Notes under the pieces: model-generated
Seen by the model: only the letters and a program-made list of their open reading frames with translations
What the model was told of the DNA's origin: nothing
Database searches by the model: none
Position numbers and translations under genes: made by a program
Shown: positions 19,434 through 30,338 of the stretch, in pieces
Numbering within the stretch: the first letter of the stretch is position 1
Layout: each line of letters begins with the position of its first letter
Assembly: GCA_964035545.1 (NCBI GenBank)
Contig: CAXIUT010000291.1
Location: 15,463-79,462 of the forward strand
DNA from: Bugula neritina
Taxonomy: Eukaryota; Animalia; Bryozoa
Reading direction: 5' to 3'
DNA length: 64,000 nucleotides

Positions 19434-20489
19434 TTAAACCTTTCCATCACTGGACAAGAGGACGGCTATTGGCCTGCTCGCCGGGAACTGTGCGCAGATA
19501 ATTAGCATCACCACGGTGATCGGGACAGACAGGATCATCCCGGTAATCCCCCAGATTGAACCCCAGATGGCCAGCGCCAGCATAATCACCAGTCCACTCA
19601 GGTTCAGGCTTGATCCCATTAAGCGGGGTTCGATGATGTTTCCAATCGTGAATTGCAGGCCGCCCAGAAATACCAGCACGGCAAAAAATTGCCATGAGGT
19701 GTCAAATTGCACCAGAGCGAGCAGAGCCGGGAAAACAACGCCTAACATTGAGCCAATAGTCGGGATGTAATTCAGCAGGAAAATAATAAATCCCCAAAAC
19801 ACGGCGTAATCCACGCCAATCAGGGTTAAAAGCAGAAAGCTCAGTATTCCCGTCATCATGCTAACCAGCGTTTTGACGCTAAGGTAAATCCGAATTTTCT
19901 GCATGATTTCTGTGCGGACATGTTGCGCTCTGCTGAGTTTTTCGGGGTCTTTGAATAACGCTGTAAATTTCTTTTCGAACACGGTTTGTTCCGCAAACAG
20001 GAACATCAGGTAAATCATCACCAGCATCAATGTGCCGGTGACGCTACCTATCATTGATGTCGTCCAGCTGACCAGTTTTTGCAGGTTAAGCAGGTCGCTG
20101 AGTTTATCCATGTGGAACTCAGATTTAGGCGTAACTTTTGCGATTAGCCCCTGCAATTTTTCCTGGATATTTTCCTGATAATCCTGAGCATGGGTTGATA
20201 GCTCCGCAACATTTTGTGCAACCATATTGATCACCAGCATAACCAGCGTGATCATCACCAGAAAGGCTCCGGCTAAGGCGATGGGGTAAGGAATGCTAAA
20301 GTTACTGATGGGAGGTGATTGCAGGACGCGTGCAATACTGTCCAACAGATACCAAAGGATCAGCGCAAGAATCAGTGGGATCAGTAGGTTGCGGCCAATG
20401 ATTAATAGCCAGCCCACTATAATGGTAGCTAATAGTATGCTGGCGATATTCAGCGCGCTGATATTCAGGGTCTCGTTCGGGCGGTGCAT
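19434..20489 (-). CDS. AI-2E (PerM) family transporter
   Basis: Multiple TM helices; LLNYIPTIGS, GNIIEPRLMG, WGITGMILSVP. Confidence 0.93.
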   Translation of the reverse strand: MHRPNETLNISALNIASILLATIIVGWLLIIGRNLLIPLILALILWYLLDSIARVLQSPPISNFSIPYPIALAGAFLVMITLVMLVINMVAQNVAELSTHAQDYQENIQEKLQGLIAKVTPKSEFHMDKLSDLLNLQKLVSWTTSMIGSVTGTLMLVMIYLMFLFAEQTVFEKKFTALFKDPEKLSRAQHVRTEIMQKIRIYLSVKTLVSMMTGILSFLLLTLIGVDYAVFWGFIIFLLNYIPTIGSMLGVVFPALLALVQFDTSWQFFAVLVFLGGLQFTIGNIIEPRLMGSSLNLSGLVIMLALAIWGSIWGITGMILSVPITVVMLIICAQFPASRPIAVLLSSDGKV

Positions 20490-20560
20490 AGGGTCTTCCG
20501 GTGAAGGCTTTTGAGGGTAACTTTCAATTTATCGCAAAGCGGCTTAAAAATACATGATCA

Positions 20561-20632
20561 CTTCAGCTTACACAGTAACTCACATGAAAAAGCTTACACT
20601 CCGTAGAGCATGTAAGTCTTCGGCTTACACAG
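20561..20632. repeat. Dispersed GTAG-type REP-like element, copy 1 (plus a partial copy)
   Basis: TAACTCACATGAAAAAGCTTACACTCCGTAGAGCATGTAAGTCTTCGGCTTACACAG; homologous to 29543-29599 and 49688-49745. Confidence 0.8.
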
Positions 20633-20658
20633 TAGACTATGGCTTTGGGAGCAAGAAA

Positions 20659-21426
20659 ATGTCAGCTAAGCTATTTGCCTTGGAGAAAGCCGCCTTCGCC
20701 GCATGGCCTGCGCTGGAAACACAGGATATTGGTTCATGGCACCTGCGGTTTGCTAATGGCTATACTAAGCGTGCGAACTCAGCCAATTTACTGCTACACA
20801 CTGACCAGCTTGTGCCTGACACGCTGGCGGCAATCGAAGCTGAGTATCGCCAGCGTGATCTCCCGCCAATATTCCGGCTGGCTTCTTTTGCAGCTGATTG
20901 TGCTGTGGATGATAAACTGGCTGATTGTGGTTACCGGTTGAATGATGTGACTCTGGTGCAGACGCAGTCGTTATCGGATCAGCGCTTTGCCATTGATAAC
21001 GAGTTGCTGAGTATTGAACTGCTATCAGTTGAGGAGTGGTTTGAAGCGTTCCAGAGTATCTCCGGCAAGGTTGGAGGAGGGCAGGCAACACATCTTAAAA
21101 TGCTACAGGCGATTCGTGGGGAATGTGCCTTTGCTGTGCTGAAACAGGAAGGTGTGGCTGTTTGCTGTGGGTTGGCGGCCATCTCGGATGGTTATCTCGG
21201 CCTGTTTGATATTGCTACTGCCGTACACGCACGTAGACAAGGTTTGGCGACGCGTTTATGTACCGATTTGCTTTTCTGGGGGCGGCGTAAGAGGGCTGAG
21301 TCAGCTTATTTGCAGGTAACTGCACATAACCTTGCTGCGATTAATGTCTATGAAAAGCTCGGATTTAGGCGTGCTTATGAGTATTGGTATCGGGTAGGCG
21401 GCGTACCTTCGGTGCAGATAAAGTGA
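20659..21426 (+). CDS. GNAT family N-acetyltransferase
   Basis: AWPA...GYTKRANS N-terminus; ARRQGLA acetyl-CoA motif; AYLQV...N..A..VYEKLGF. Confidence 0.92.
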   Translation: MSAKLFALEKAAFAAWPALETQDIGSWHLRFANGYTKRANSANLLLHTDQLVPDTLAAIEAEYRQRDLPPIFRLASFAADCAVDDKLADCGYRLNDVTLVQTQSLSDQRFAIDNELLSIELLSVEEWFEAFQSISGKVGGGQATHLKMLQAIRGECAFAVLKQEGVAVCCGLAAISDGYLGLFDIATAVHARRQGLATRLCTDLLFWGRRKRAESAYLQVTAHNLAAINVYEKLGFRRAYEYWYRVGGVPSVQIK

Positions 21427-21471
21427 TTCGGGCTATGTATTCAGGGAGTGAAATCTATTCAGGTCTACCGA

Positions 21472-22206
21472 CTACATGCTGTGCAGGACATCGACCAATG
21501 CCTTGTTGAGTGTGGCATAACCCGTTGTGTTGAGGTGCAATAAATCCCTGCTGTATTGCGGATCGATCCTGTTGGGCTGACCAAGCAATAACTGGTAGCC
21601 GGGGAAGATAATTACGCCATCAGTTTCCTGTGCCAAAATGAATGTGTTGACGTCATTAATGGTTTCGGCCACAGCATCTGACCAGATTAACCGGCGTTCC
21701 GGTGGTACTTTACTGAGCGGAAATACTGTGCTGAGAATGACTGTGGTGCCTTGTTGTCTGGCCTTGCTGATGATTTCCTGTAAATTATTTTTGCATTGAC
21801 TGACAATGGCCGCCCGTAATACGGGCTTCAGTGGTATGACTTTAAGGTCATTGACGCAGAGTTGCAGCACAATAATGTCTGCCTCCAGCGGTGCAATGTG
21901 CTGATCATAACGCAGGCGGATTTGTGCTGAAGTCTGGTTGCCAATACCCCGGTTGATAAATTCGAAGCCGGTTGTTGCGGATTCATACGGCGCGGGCCAG
22001 CTTAGCGCTCGTGAGTCACCAAAGAAAACGACGCGTTTTTTAGCGACAGATTTAGGCGGCACTTCCTTTTGATAGGTGCTGAGTTGTAATGGATCAAGAC
22101 GCACTTGATTCACGCTGAGATACAGATTTTTGATCAATAAAAATGCGCCGATATTGGCCAGCAGGGATGCAGCTAAAATCAGGCCGGGAATAAGTTTAGT
22201 CAGCAT
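21472..22206 (-). CDS. SGNH/GDSL hydrolase with an N-terminal membrane anchor
   Basis: FFGDS, NRGIG, VND, DLLH blocks. Confidence 0.88.
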   Translation of the reverse strand: MLTKLIPGLILAASLLANIGAFLLIKNLYLSVNQVRLDPLQLSTYQKEVPPKSVAKKRVVFFGDSRALSWPAPYESATTGFEFINRGIGNQTSAQIRLRYDQHIAPLEADIIVLQLCVNDLKVIPLKPVLRAAIVSQCKNNLQEIISKARQQGTTVILSTVFPLSKVPPERRLIWSDAVAETINDVNTFILAQETDGVIIFPGYQLLLGQPNRIDPQYSRDLLHLNTTGYATLNKALVDVLHSM

Positions 22207-22268
22207 ATGCTTCGTTCTGTGATGAGATGTTACAATTTTAGCTGATTCCGTGATGATAAAGGGAAAAT

Positions 22269-22859
22269 GTGTCCGCATTAAATCAATTGCCGCTGGTGTT
22301 GGAAGCGATTTTACTGACCGCTGATAAACCCTTGTCGCTTGAGCGGCTGGAGAAGTACTTTGCGCCGGAAGAGGGTGTGAGCCGGGCGGTTATCCGTGAA
22401 GGGTTAGGGCAGCTCAAATTAAAATGTGAGGGTCGTAGCTTTGATCTCACTGAGACCGGGGCGGGCTATCGCTTGCAGACGCGGGGTGAGTTTCAACAGT
22501 GGGTAGCGCGTCACTACGAAGAGAAGCCACCGAAGTATTCCAAAGCGTTTCTGGAGACGCTGGCGTTGATCGCGTGGCGACAACCGATTACCCGGGGCGA
22601 AATCGAAGAGGTGCGTGGGGTTAGCACCAATGCAAATGTGATTAAGACCCTGTTGGAGCGTGAATGGATTCGGGTGCTGGGCCACAAAGAAGTGCCGGGT
22701 CGCCCGGAAATGTTAGGCACGACCCGCTTGTTTTTAGATTACTTTAATCTAAAGTCGCTGGATGATTTGCCTGGCCTGGCTGAGATTAAAGAGCTGGACA
22801 TGGCTAGCCTACAGCTTGATTTGTTGAAGGAGCCTCCGGCAAAGGATGGCTCTGCCTGA
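22269..22859 (+). CDS. scpB: SMC-Scp complex subunit ScpB
   Basis: LEAIL, LETLALIAWRQPITRGEIEEVRGV, PGRP...TT..FLDYFNLKSLDDLP. Confidence 0.96.
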   Translation: MSALNQLPLVLEAILLTADKPLSLERLEKYFAPEEGVSRAVIREGLGQLKLKCEGRSFDLTETGAGYRLQTRGEFQQWVARHYEEKPPKYSKAFLETLALIAWRQPITRGEIEEVRGVSTNANVIKTLLEREWIRVLGHKEVPGRPEMLGTTRLFLDYFNLKSLDDLPGLAEIKELDMASLQLDLLKEPPAKDGSA

Positions 22860-23978
22860 TTATTGCTTATGAGACAACGCCGCTCTCTGCTGTGGGCGAT
22901 AAGTATTAACCCGCTCCAGCCAGCCATCGAGTAGGCGTGCTTCGCGCCGTTCAGAGGGGGCATTCGCAATACGTGTTACCAGTGTATCGTCCGCAGCGCG
23001 CATAAACTCAGCCAGTGCGCCGGGGCCGGGCTGTACGGCTTCCATTGTGCTTAAGACCTGTAGTAACCCCCAGCCCTGGCTATTATAGCGTTCCGCCGGG
23101 TTGGCACCGGTGCCCTGAAACTGTACATAGTCGAGTAACGGGTAGAGACCACCGGGCGTTTTGAGTAGGGTTTGGTAGCTACGTTGTGCTTGCTGGCGTT
23201 TATTGGGTGGTAGTTGATTAATAAGCCCGGGCATGCTCTGGCGGAGCCGCATTGCCATAAAGTTGGCCTGTAGGTTTAACGTCTTTTGTAAGAAATTCTG
23301 CAACTCCCGTGTCTGGCTATCGTTTTGCGAACGCCGGAATGTTGTGGTATCTGACCATGGGCTGCCGTTATTGCGGCGACTGGCTAGCCATTTTGGTAGG
23401 GGTATCGCGTTGGCTGTGACGTAATTGAGGTAGGCCGGGAATGTTTCATGGTAGCGCCCGCTTTTACCCGCCGGGTACCAAATGAATTGACCAATACCGA
23501 GTGTGGTGAAGTTCTCGCGTTCGTTCCAGCGCACCAAACGTTTGGCATCACCCGTCGTTTGATTATGGTAAATACGCTGTGCAACCCAGTTCAGGTCTTT
23601 TGCCGGTTGTCTGGCTGTGTTTCCGGTAGCTGGTGTATTGACCGGTGATATAACGGGTACATTTAAAGAGGGGGGCGGTGTTAGGTGAGGGTTATATGTG
23701 ACTGCCACAGGCTGTGGTGGCCTGATAATAGGAGCGTGCGCTGCTATGCTGGTTGGTTTTTGTACTGTATGGGGTGCTGGCCTTACTGTTTGCACCGGAG
23801 TGGAAGTTACCGGCATGGATGCTGTGGGAATGGCTACTGTTTGAGGGAGACGTAGTTGGGGCGTGTAGATCGGGAAATAGCCGGGGTATACCATCGCCGT
23901 ATTCGTGTTAAACGGTACGGGTGCCACACAGGCTGTCAGCAAGCCGACAGTAATGCTCAGAGGAATCATTATTTTCAT
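22860..23978 (-). CDS. Putative lipoprotein with a Pro-rich linker and a conserved uncharacterised C-terminal domain
   Basis: LTAC lipobox; Pro/Thr-rich segment; WN..E.F..LGIGQFIWYP and LLDYV.F.G.G...ERY...GWGLLQVL motifs. Confidence 0.7.
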   Translation of the reverse strand: MKIMIPLSITVGLLTACVAPVPFNTNTAMVYPGYFPIYTPQLRLPQTVAIPTASMPVTSTPVQTVRPAPHTVQKPTSIAAHAPIIRPPQPVAVTYNPHLTPPPSLNVPVISPVNTPATGNTARQPAKDLNWVAQRIYHNQTTGDAKRLVRWNERENFTTLGIGQFIWYPAGKSGRYHETFPAYLNYVTANAIPLPKWLASRRNNGSPWSDTTTFRRSQNDSQTRELQNFLQKTLNLQANFMAMRLRQSMPGLINQLPPNKRQQAQRSYQTLLKTPGGLYPLLDYVQFQGTGANPAERYNSQGWGLLQVLSTMEAVQPGPGALAEFMRAADDTLVTRIANAPSERREARLLDGWLERVNTYRPQQRAALSHKQ

Positions 23979-24178
23979 TATTTAGCCCTATTGTAATGAT
24001 TATATTTTTTTATAATAGGCTAAATTAGTCGTACTTGCGACTGAAAAGTTCACTCCGAAGGTGGGTTTGCCCGACTTCTGTATATGAAGCCGGGCCGGGT
24101 TTTTCCGCAGCAGGACAGTCTGTTGTTGGACAGGCTCTTGGTTACCTGAACGGTTTTAGGTTTGCCGGGCTAAACACC

Positions 24179-27100
24179 TCAATCATCAGCATGCATCCAA
24201 ACCGGCTTTTTAGCAGCAGGCTTCACCGGAGCGGAGGCTTCTTTGTCTGTCGCTGGCTTTGGTTTTGCAGCAGGCTTGCTTTCAGCATTGCTGGCTACAG
24301 ATGGTGCGGATTTAACTGCCACCGGCGCTTGCGGCTCTGCTGTCGCAGGCTTTGCTGCCGGTGCTTTTGGCTCTGCTGCCGCAGATTTCGCTGCCACTGG
24401 TGCTTTCGACTCTGCTGTCGCAGGCTTTGTAGTCACTGGTGCTTTCGGCTCTGTTGCTGTCGCAGGCTTCGCTGCTACCGGTGGTGCTTTTGGCTCCGCT
24501 TTGGATGCTGCTACTGCGGGCTTTGCCACTGCTGGTTTGGGCGTTGCCTTTTTTGCAGATTGTTCAGCAGTATCTGTTGTTGTTTTTGCACCGGTTTTTG
24601 GCGAAGCCTTTGTGGCCTTGGTATCCGCGTTCTTGTCAGCAGTGTCCGCCTGTTTGCTCCTAGTTGGTGTAGGTTTGCTGGTATTTTCACCGGCTGCCGT
24701 TGTTTCAGCTTTGGCCGCAGGCTTGGTTGCAGTGGCTTCTGTTGTCGCTACCGGCTTATCCTTTGGCTTATCGCTCTGTTGCCGGGTGCTTTCGTCCGTT
24801 TTGCTGGCCGCCTTTGCCTCGGTGCTAGCCTCTGTGTTTGCTTTGGCGGAGTGCTTGTTGGATTTGGCCTTGTCACCTCTGGTTGATTTTTTGGGCGTGA
24901 TGTCAATGATCAGGGGTTCCTGATTATCGACCGGAGTAGTCGCAGTCTTGCGGCGTCCACCGCCGCGTGGCTTCCTGGTACCGGAGCGGCTCTGTGGCTT
25001 TTCCGTATTGCCAGTACTGCTACTATCGGCGACGGCTTTGGCTGGCGTAGTTGTGGTGTTTTCGTTGCTGCCACTTGTTACGACAGTCGTCGATTGAGAG
25101 TTCGCAGTTTTATCCTTAGAGGTGTTGGTGTTGCTGACAGCGTCAGGCCCGGCTGCTGCCTGAGTCTGGCTTTGAGGTTCCTGCTGCGCCGACTTAGCTG
25201 GCCTTGTTGCCTGGTTTGCTGTGGTTATATCAGCAGCTTTAGCCGGTGTACCGGTAGCCGTTTTATCTTTAGCTTCAACTTTAGTCTCAGCCGGTGCCGT
25301 GGCTTTATTTGTTGCAGTGCTTGTGCCGCTTTCTGCTGACGTGGCCTGTTTGTCAGTAGCTGACGGCTTTTCCGCAGTGTCGCTGGCCTTTGCGGCTTGA
25401 GGTTTTCTGCCCCGGCGGTTGTTTTTAGCGTCACCCGTATTTTTCTGGTTGGTCGCTACTGTTGCGCTTGGTGCCGGTAAGGTAATTTCCAGTGGTGTAG
25501 TATCGCTATTAACAGCGAGGGTATCGTTCACTACTGGCTTATCATTAGTCTTGCGTTCGCGATCATTGCGGCGTCCGCCACGGCGGTTGTTGCGTCTTTC
25601 TGTTTTATCGCTTGCTGCCTGGGTACTTTGTGTTTCCTGAACGTTTTGCTTGTTTTCAGGTGTATTAGCTTTGGGAGGCTGGCGGCGATTGTTGCGCTTA
25701 TTGCCTCTGGCTTCATTGGCATTTGTGGTGCCCTGCTGGCTTTGATTGCCATGCGTAGTGCTTTGCTGTCCTTGATTGCCATTCGCGCTATTGCTGTCGT
25801 TTTGCTTGCGTCCATTGCGGTTACGACGATTTTGCTGTTTAGCATCGCTGCCGGACGAGTCGTTGTTCTTCCTGCGATTATTTGGTTTTTGCTGATTATT
25901 GCGGCGTGCCGGGCGCTCCTTGTCGCCTGTCGCCTGTTTTTTCTTAGTTTCCTGCGCTTCTTTGACAGCAGCAATAGGCTCTTCAGTTTTGGCATTGCTG
26001 CCAAATAAACCATGTAGCAGGCGACGAATCAGTCCCGGGTTCTTTTGTACATCCAGTACTTCCGGCTTAGCTGGCTCTGGTTTTTTCTCGATATGCGGGG
26101 CAGGCTGGCTGTGAGCAACGTTTCCAACGACAGCGGCTTCCGGTGCTTTAACGGTTTTATCATCTCTATCCGCCTCGCCATTATCCAGTGGATCGGGTGG
26201 CGTAGCTATTTGGGTATAGCTGGCCCCCATGTCTTTCATTTCGTCGGTACGTAAGCGGGTAATTTCGAAGTGTGGCGTGTCCATATGTGGATTCGGAATC
26301 ACGGTCAGTTCGATATTGCGCCGTTTCTGTACGTCGGCGAGGGCGGCACGTTTCTCATTGAGCAGGAAGGTCGCCACCGGTACCGGTAACTGAGCCGTGA
26401 CCCGCCCGGTCATTTCTTTCATTGACTCTTCTTCCATCAAACGCAGGATGGAGAGTGCCAGCGAGTCGGTGTTACGAATGCTGCCGTGGCCGGTACAGCG
26501 TGGGCAGACAATCTGGCTGGATTCACCCAGTGACGGGCGCAGACGCTGGCGTGACATTTCCAGTAAGCCGAAGCGTGAAATACGTCCAACCTGTACTCTG
26601 GCGCGGTCTACCTTTAGTGCTTCCTTAAGGCGGCGCTCAACTTCGCGCTGATGTTTGCTTGGTAGCATATCAATGAAGTCGATAACAATGAGGCCACCAA
26701 GGTCACGCAGGCGTAGCTGGCGGGCGACTTCGTCCGCTGCTTCAAGGTTGGTATTGAGCGCGGTTTCCTCGATGCCTTTGCCTTTGGTGGCGCGGGCCGA
26801 GTTGATGTCGATGGAAATGAGCGCTTCGGTATGGTCAATAACAATCGCGCCGCCCGAAGGTAGATGTACCTCGCGCTGGAACGCGGTTTCGATCTGATGT
26901 TCGATCTGATAGCGGCTGAACAGTGGCGTACTGTCCTTGTACTGCTTGAGCTTGCGCAGATTATGCGGCATAACGGCCTGCATAAAGTCGTGTGCCTGTT
27001 GATAAACCTGTGGATCGTCGATCACGATCTCGCCAATATCACGCCGGAAATAGTCGCGTAATGCACGAATAATGACGTTGCTTTCCTGATACAGTAATAC

Positions 27101-27718
27101 CGGGGCTTTATGCTGTTTAGAGGCGGTTTGAATGGCGTCCCAGATAGTCTTGAGGTAGTCCAGATCCCAGCTCAGTTCTTCCAGCTCACGATCTACACCC
27201 GCTGTTCGCACGATTGCACCCATGCCATCCGGGATGTCGAGGTCAGACAGGGTTTGCTTGATATGCTGGCGATCTTCGCCTTCGATGCGGCGCGAGACGC
27301 CACCGGCGCGTGGATTATTGGGCATTAACACCAGATAACGCCCGGCGAGGCTGATGTAAGTAGTTAGGGCTGCGCCCTTATTGCCGCGCTCTTCCTTATC
27401 GACCTGAAGCAGGATTTCCTGGCCTTCGCGTAGTACATCCTTAATGCTTGGACGACTGTTGCCATCGACTTTAGCGTCGGGGTGATAGCATTCGCGTGCT
27501 ACCTCGCGGAAAGACAAAAAGCCATGACGTTGTGCGCCATAGTTTACGAAGGCGGCTTCGAGGCTTGGCTCGATACGGGTGATAACCCCTTTATAGATAT
27601 TGGCCTTTTTTTGCGCCCGAAATGGATGTTCTATGTCCAAATCATAAAGTCGTTGACCGTCGACCATTGCAACACGAATTTCTTCCGCCTGTGTCGCATT
27701 AATTAAAATTCTTTTCAT
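24179..27718 (-). CDS. rne: Ribonuclease E
   Basis: [34 protein letters not shown] Zn link, amphipathic helix [12 protein letters not shown], long Arg/Asn- and Ala/Lys/Pro-rich disordered C-terminal half. Confidence 0.98.
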   Translation of the reverse strand: MKRILINATQAEEIRVAMVDGQRLYDLDIEHPFRAQKKANIYKGVITRIEPSLEAAFVNYGAQRHGFLSFREVARECYHPDAKVDGNSRPSIKDVLREGQEILLQVDKEERGNKGAALTTYISLAGRYLVLMPNNPRAGGVSRRIEGEDRQHIKQTLSDLDIPDGMGAIVRTAGVDRELEELSWDLDYLKTIWDAIQTASKQHKAPVLLYQESNVIIRALRDYFRRDIGEIVIDDPQVYQQAHDFMQAVMPHNLRKLKQYKDSTPLFSRYQIEHQIETAFQREVHLPSGGAIVIDHTEALISIDINSARATKGKGIEETALNTNLEAADEVARQLRLRDLGGLIVIDFIDMLPSKHQREVERRLKEALKVDRARVQVGRISRFGLLEMSRQRLRPSLGESSQIVCPRCTGHGSIRNTDSLALSILRLMEEESMKEMTGRVTAQLPVPVATFLLNEKRAALADVQKRRNIELTVIPNPHMDTPHFEITRLRTDEMKDMGASYTQIATPPDPLDNGEADRDDKTVKAPEAAVVGNVAHSQPAPHIEKKPEPAKPEVLDVQKNPGLIRRLLHGLFGSNAKTEEPIAAVKEAQETKKKQATGDKERPARRNNQQKPNNRRKNNDSSGSDAKQQNRRNRNGRKQNDSNSANGNQGQQSTTHGNQSQQGTTNANEARGNKRNNRRQPPKANTPENKQNVQETQSTQAASDKTERRNNRRGGRRNDRERKTNDKPVVNDTLAVNSDTTPLEITLPAPSATVATNQKNTGDAKNNRRGRKPQAAKASDTAEKPSATDKQATSAESGTSTATNKATAPAETKVEAKDKTATGTPAKAADITTANQATRPAKSAQQEPQSQTQAAAGPDAVSNTNTSKDKTANSQSTTVVTSGSNENTTTTPAKAVADSSSTGNTEKPQSRSGTRKPRGGGRRKTATTPVDNQEPLIIDITPKKSTRGDKAKSNKHSAKANTEASTEAKAASKTDESTRQQSDKPKDKPVATTEATATKPAAKAETTAAGENTSKPTPTRSKQADTADKNADTKATKASPKTGAKTTTDTAEQSAKKATPKPAVAKPAVAASKAEPKAPPVAAKPATATEPKAPVTTKPATAESKAPVAAKSAAAEPKAPAAKPATAEPQAPVAVKSAPSVASNAESKPAAKPKPATDKEASAPVKPAAKKPVWMHADD

Positions 27719-28616
27719 GTAGTACTACACCACTATTGTGCAGCACCTGCTTAACCAAATTTGTTTACTGCGGAAATTAAAAATTTCCATGCTTGCGGGG
27801 CGCGGCTTTTATGCTGCTGGGTACCAGCCAGCCAAAGCCATCAGACAGAGGGCATGACGCAGGATTTTATTAACTGTTGTTTTTAATAAAATCAATTGTT
27901 TATCCGGGTTTTGTGCTGTGCCTTTCACAGCCTGACCCCCGGAGTGTCTCTGAATGCTATCCGCTACTAATACTCCGCAATGTTGCTGAATGGATTATCT
28001 CGCCAGTTCAGTCTCGCCTATTTTCGATCTGCCCTTTGTATTATTTGGCAGGTTGAGACTGATCCATATTGTCGTTAAGGGCACGGCAGCTGTGCTGTGA
28101 GGCAACTATTTGCTGCGGGAGATCTGCGCCAGCCGGGCGACAGAAAAATTGCATGCACACTTCAAGGCAAGTCCGGGTTGGTAAGTTTATGTATGTAGTG
28201 AGTCATAATGAATCAATGGACTCAGGGCTACACACAATAAAATGCTTTTTCCTTTTCAAAATAAACAAAATCTGTGATATGGCAGGGTGCTGAAATTACA
28301 CACCACACTGTACACGAATTGTCTGCGCCAGCGCTGCTCATGGGACAAGCTGATCTTGCTATATTGCGTTTACTCAGCTCGCCGCTCCAAATTCCGTATG
28401 GGAATTCAATTGAATCATCTGGAGATGCGTCCTATCATGCGTGGCTCAAAGGCGCGGCATGAAGCATTTGTTTCCCGCTCGTCTGACGTCATCAACCGTA
28501 GGGTGCAATGGTCGGGCAAAAATTCCCATCTATCCATTAACCCAAACCGAATATATCAACTTGGCTAATTGCATTCAATCTAATTGCGCCAAATAACTGT
28601 CTTTGTGGAATATTTA

Positions 28617-29573
28617 ATGGCTGTTTCCTTCCATACGGTGACCGAGCATGAGGCTGGTCAGCGAATTGATAATTTCCTGTTGAAGCATTTTAAGAAAGTG
28701 CCGAAGAGCGTCATCTACCGTATTGTACGTAAAGGTGAAGTGAGGATTGACAAAAAACGGGTTAAACCTGAGCGCAAACTGGCAATAGGTGAGGAGATTC
28801 GTATCCCGCCGGTTAAGGTGGACATTGAGGCTCCGAATCGTCAGGAGGCTCCGACAGCACTACTGGAGACGATTGAGCACGCTATTTTGCTGGAAGACGA
28901 GTACCTGATTGTGCTGAATAAACCGGCTGGCCTGGCGGTGCATGGTGGTAGCGGGGTGAAATACGGTTTGATTGAAGCCTTCCGTCAATTGCGACCTAAT
29001 CTGCCGTTTATCGAACTGGTGCATCGGCTGGATCGCGATACCAGCGGCCTGCTATTACTGGCTAAATCGCGTAAAGTGTTAAATGCGCTGCATGATTTGC
29101 TGCGCGATGGCGGCGGGATGAAGAAGCATTATCAGGCGTTGGTGGCGGGACAATGGCGTGATGGCCGCCAACATGTCACGATGGAGCTGGAGCGTGGTAA
29201 TGGTGGTGGGCGTCACAAAGTACAGGTAGTAGCGCATTCAGCTAAAACGGCGGAGAGTATTTTTACGCCTGATACCATACTGGGTGATTGCACGCTGATG
29301 GATGTGCAGATTCTCACCGGGCGCATGCATCAGATTCGGGTGCAGCTGGCGCAAATGGAACATCCGGTGCTGGGCGATGACCGTTACGGTGATTTTCCCC
29401 TGAACCGTGAATATAAGAAGCTGGGCTTAAAACGCTTGTTTTTGCATGCGGCTTCTCTGGAATTTATGCTGGAGCTGAATGGTCACAAATACCGTTTGGA
29501 GGCACCATTGCCGGATGAATTACGCCGGGTGCTGAAGCAGGCTAACTCGCATGAAAAAGCTTATACCCCGTAG
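28617..29573 (+). CDS. rluC: 23S rRNA pseudouridine synthase RluC
   Basis: S4 domain GQRIDNFL, HRLDRDTSG, TGRMHQIR, LFLHA; divergent from rne. Confidence 0.95.
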   Translation: MAVSFHTVTEHEAGQRIDNFLLKHFKKVPKSVIYRIVRKGEVRIDKKRVKPERKLAIGEEIRIPPVKVDIEAPNRQEAPTALLETIEHAILLEDEYLIVLNKPAGLAVHGGSGVKYGLIEAFRQLRPNLPFIELVHRLDRDTSGLLLLAKSRKVLNALHDLLRDGGGMKKHYQALVAGQWRDGRQHVTMELERGNGGGRHKVQVVAHSAKTAESIFTPDTILGDCTLMDVQILTGRMHQIRVQLAQMEHPVLGDDRYGDFPLNREYKKLGLKRLFLHAASLEFMLELNGHKYRLEAPLPDELRRVLKQANSHEKAYTP

Positions 29574-29599
29574 AGCATGCAAGTCTGCGACTTGCACAG
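29543..29599. repeat. Dispersed REP-like element, copy 2, overlapping the rluC 3' end
   Basis: TAACTCGCATGAAAAAGCTTATACCCCGTAGAGCATGCAAGTCTGCGACTTGCACAG. Confidence 0.8.
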
Positions 29600-29663
29600 A
29601 AACGCTCCTGAAAACGCACATAGACAGCTTATGGATACAGCTATAAAACCACACAAGATCAAA

Positions 29664-30338
29664 ATGATTAATAAGCCGTATAAGCTGCTCATTTTTGACT
29701 GGGACGGGACGCTGATGGATTCGGCGGCGCGGATTGTGAAATGTATGCAATTTGCTGCGCAGACTGTCGGTATTGCGCCGCCGGATGATGCGGCAGTGCG
29801 GAATTTGATTGGGTTGTCGCTGGAGGTAACGGTACGGCGGCTTTATCCGGAGCTGGAGCATGGGCGCTTAATACAGATGGTGGATGCGTTCCGGTGCTGG
29901 TCGCTAAGCGATGAACTGAAAATTAGTCCGTTGTTTACCGGAGCTGAAGTGGTATTACGCACGCTGGCGGCGCGGGGTTATTATCTGGCGGTGGCGACGG
30001 GTAAGTCGCGGCGCGGACTGGATAGGGATATACGGCTCGCCGGGGTGGAGGATTTGTTTCCCATTACGCGAACTGCGGATGAAACTTTCACTAAACCGCA
30101 TCCGTTAATGTTACAGGAAATATTGATTGATTATGATCTGGGCGCTAATGATGCGTTGATGGTGGGTGATACCACTTACGATTTACAGCTGGCGGCGAAT
30201 GCAAAAATGGATGCGCTGGCGGTGGGTTATGGTGTGCATGCTGCGGAGCGTTTATTAATGCATGAGCCTTGCGGCTTGCTTGAGCGGTTTGACCAGCTAC
30301 CGGAATGGCTGGAAACACGAAAGGATATAAGAAAATGA
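29664..30338 (+). CDS. HAD-IA family hydrolase (phosphoglycolate phosphatase-like)
   Basis: FDWDGTL, VATGK, KPHP, VGDTTYD. Confidence 0.93.
   Translation: MINKPYKLLIFDWDGTLMDSAARIVKCMQFAAQTVGIAPPDDAAVRNLIGLSLEVTVRRLYPELEHGRLIQMVDAFRCWSLSDELKISPLFTGAEVVLRTLAARGYYLAVATGKSRRGLDRDIRLAGVEDLFPITRTADETFTKPHPLMLQEILIDYDLGANDALMVGDTTYDLQLAANAKMDALAVGYGVHAAERLLMHEPCGLLERFDQLPEWLETRKDIRK

Noticed and set aside
24035-24923. Cys/Arg-rich 283-aa and hydrophobic 226-aa ORFs on the + strand
   Set aside because: Antisense shadows of the low-complexity RNase E tail; their composition follows from the rne codons.
27719-28616. ~900-bp rne-rluC gap with small ORFs and hairpins
   Set aside because: Adequately explained by the long structured rne leader and divergent promoters; the ORFs lack motifs.
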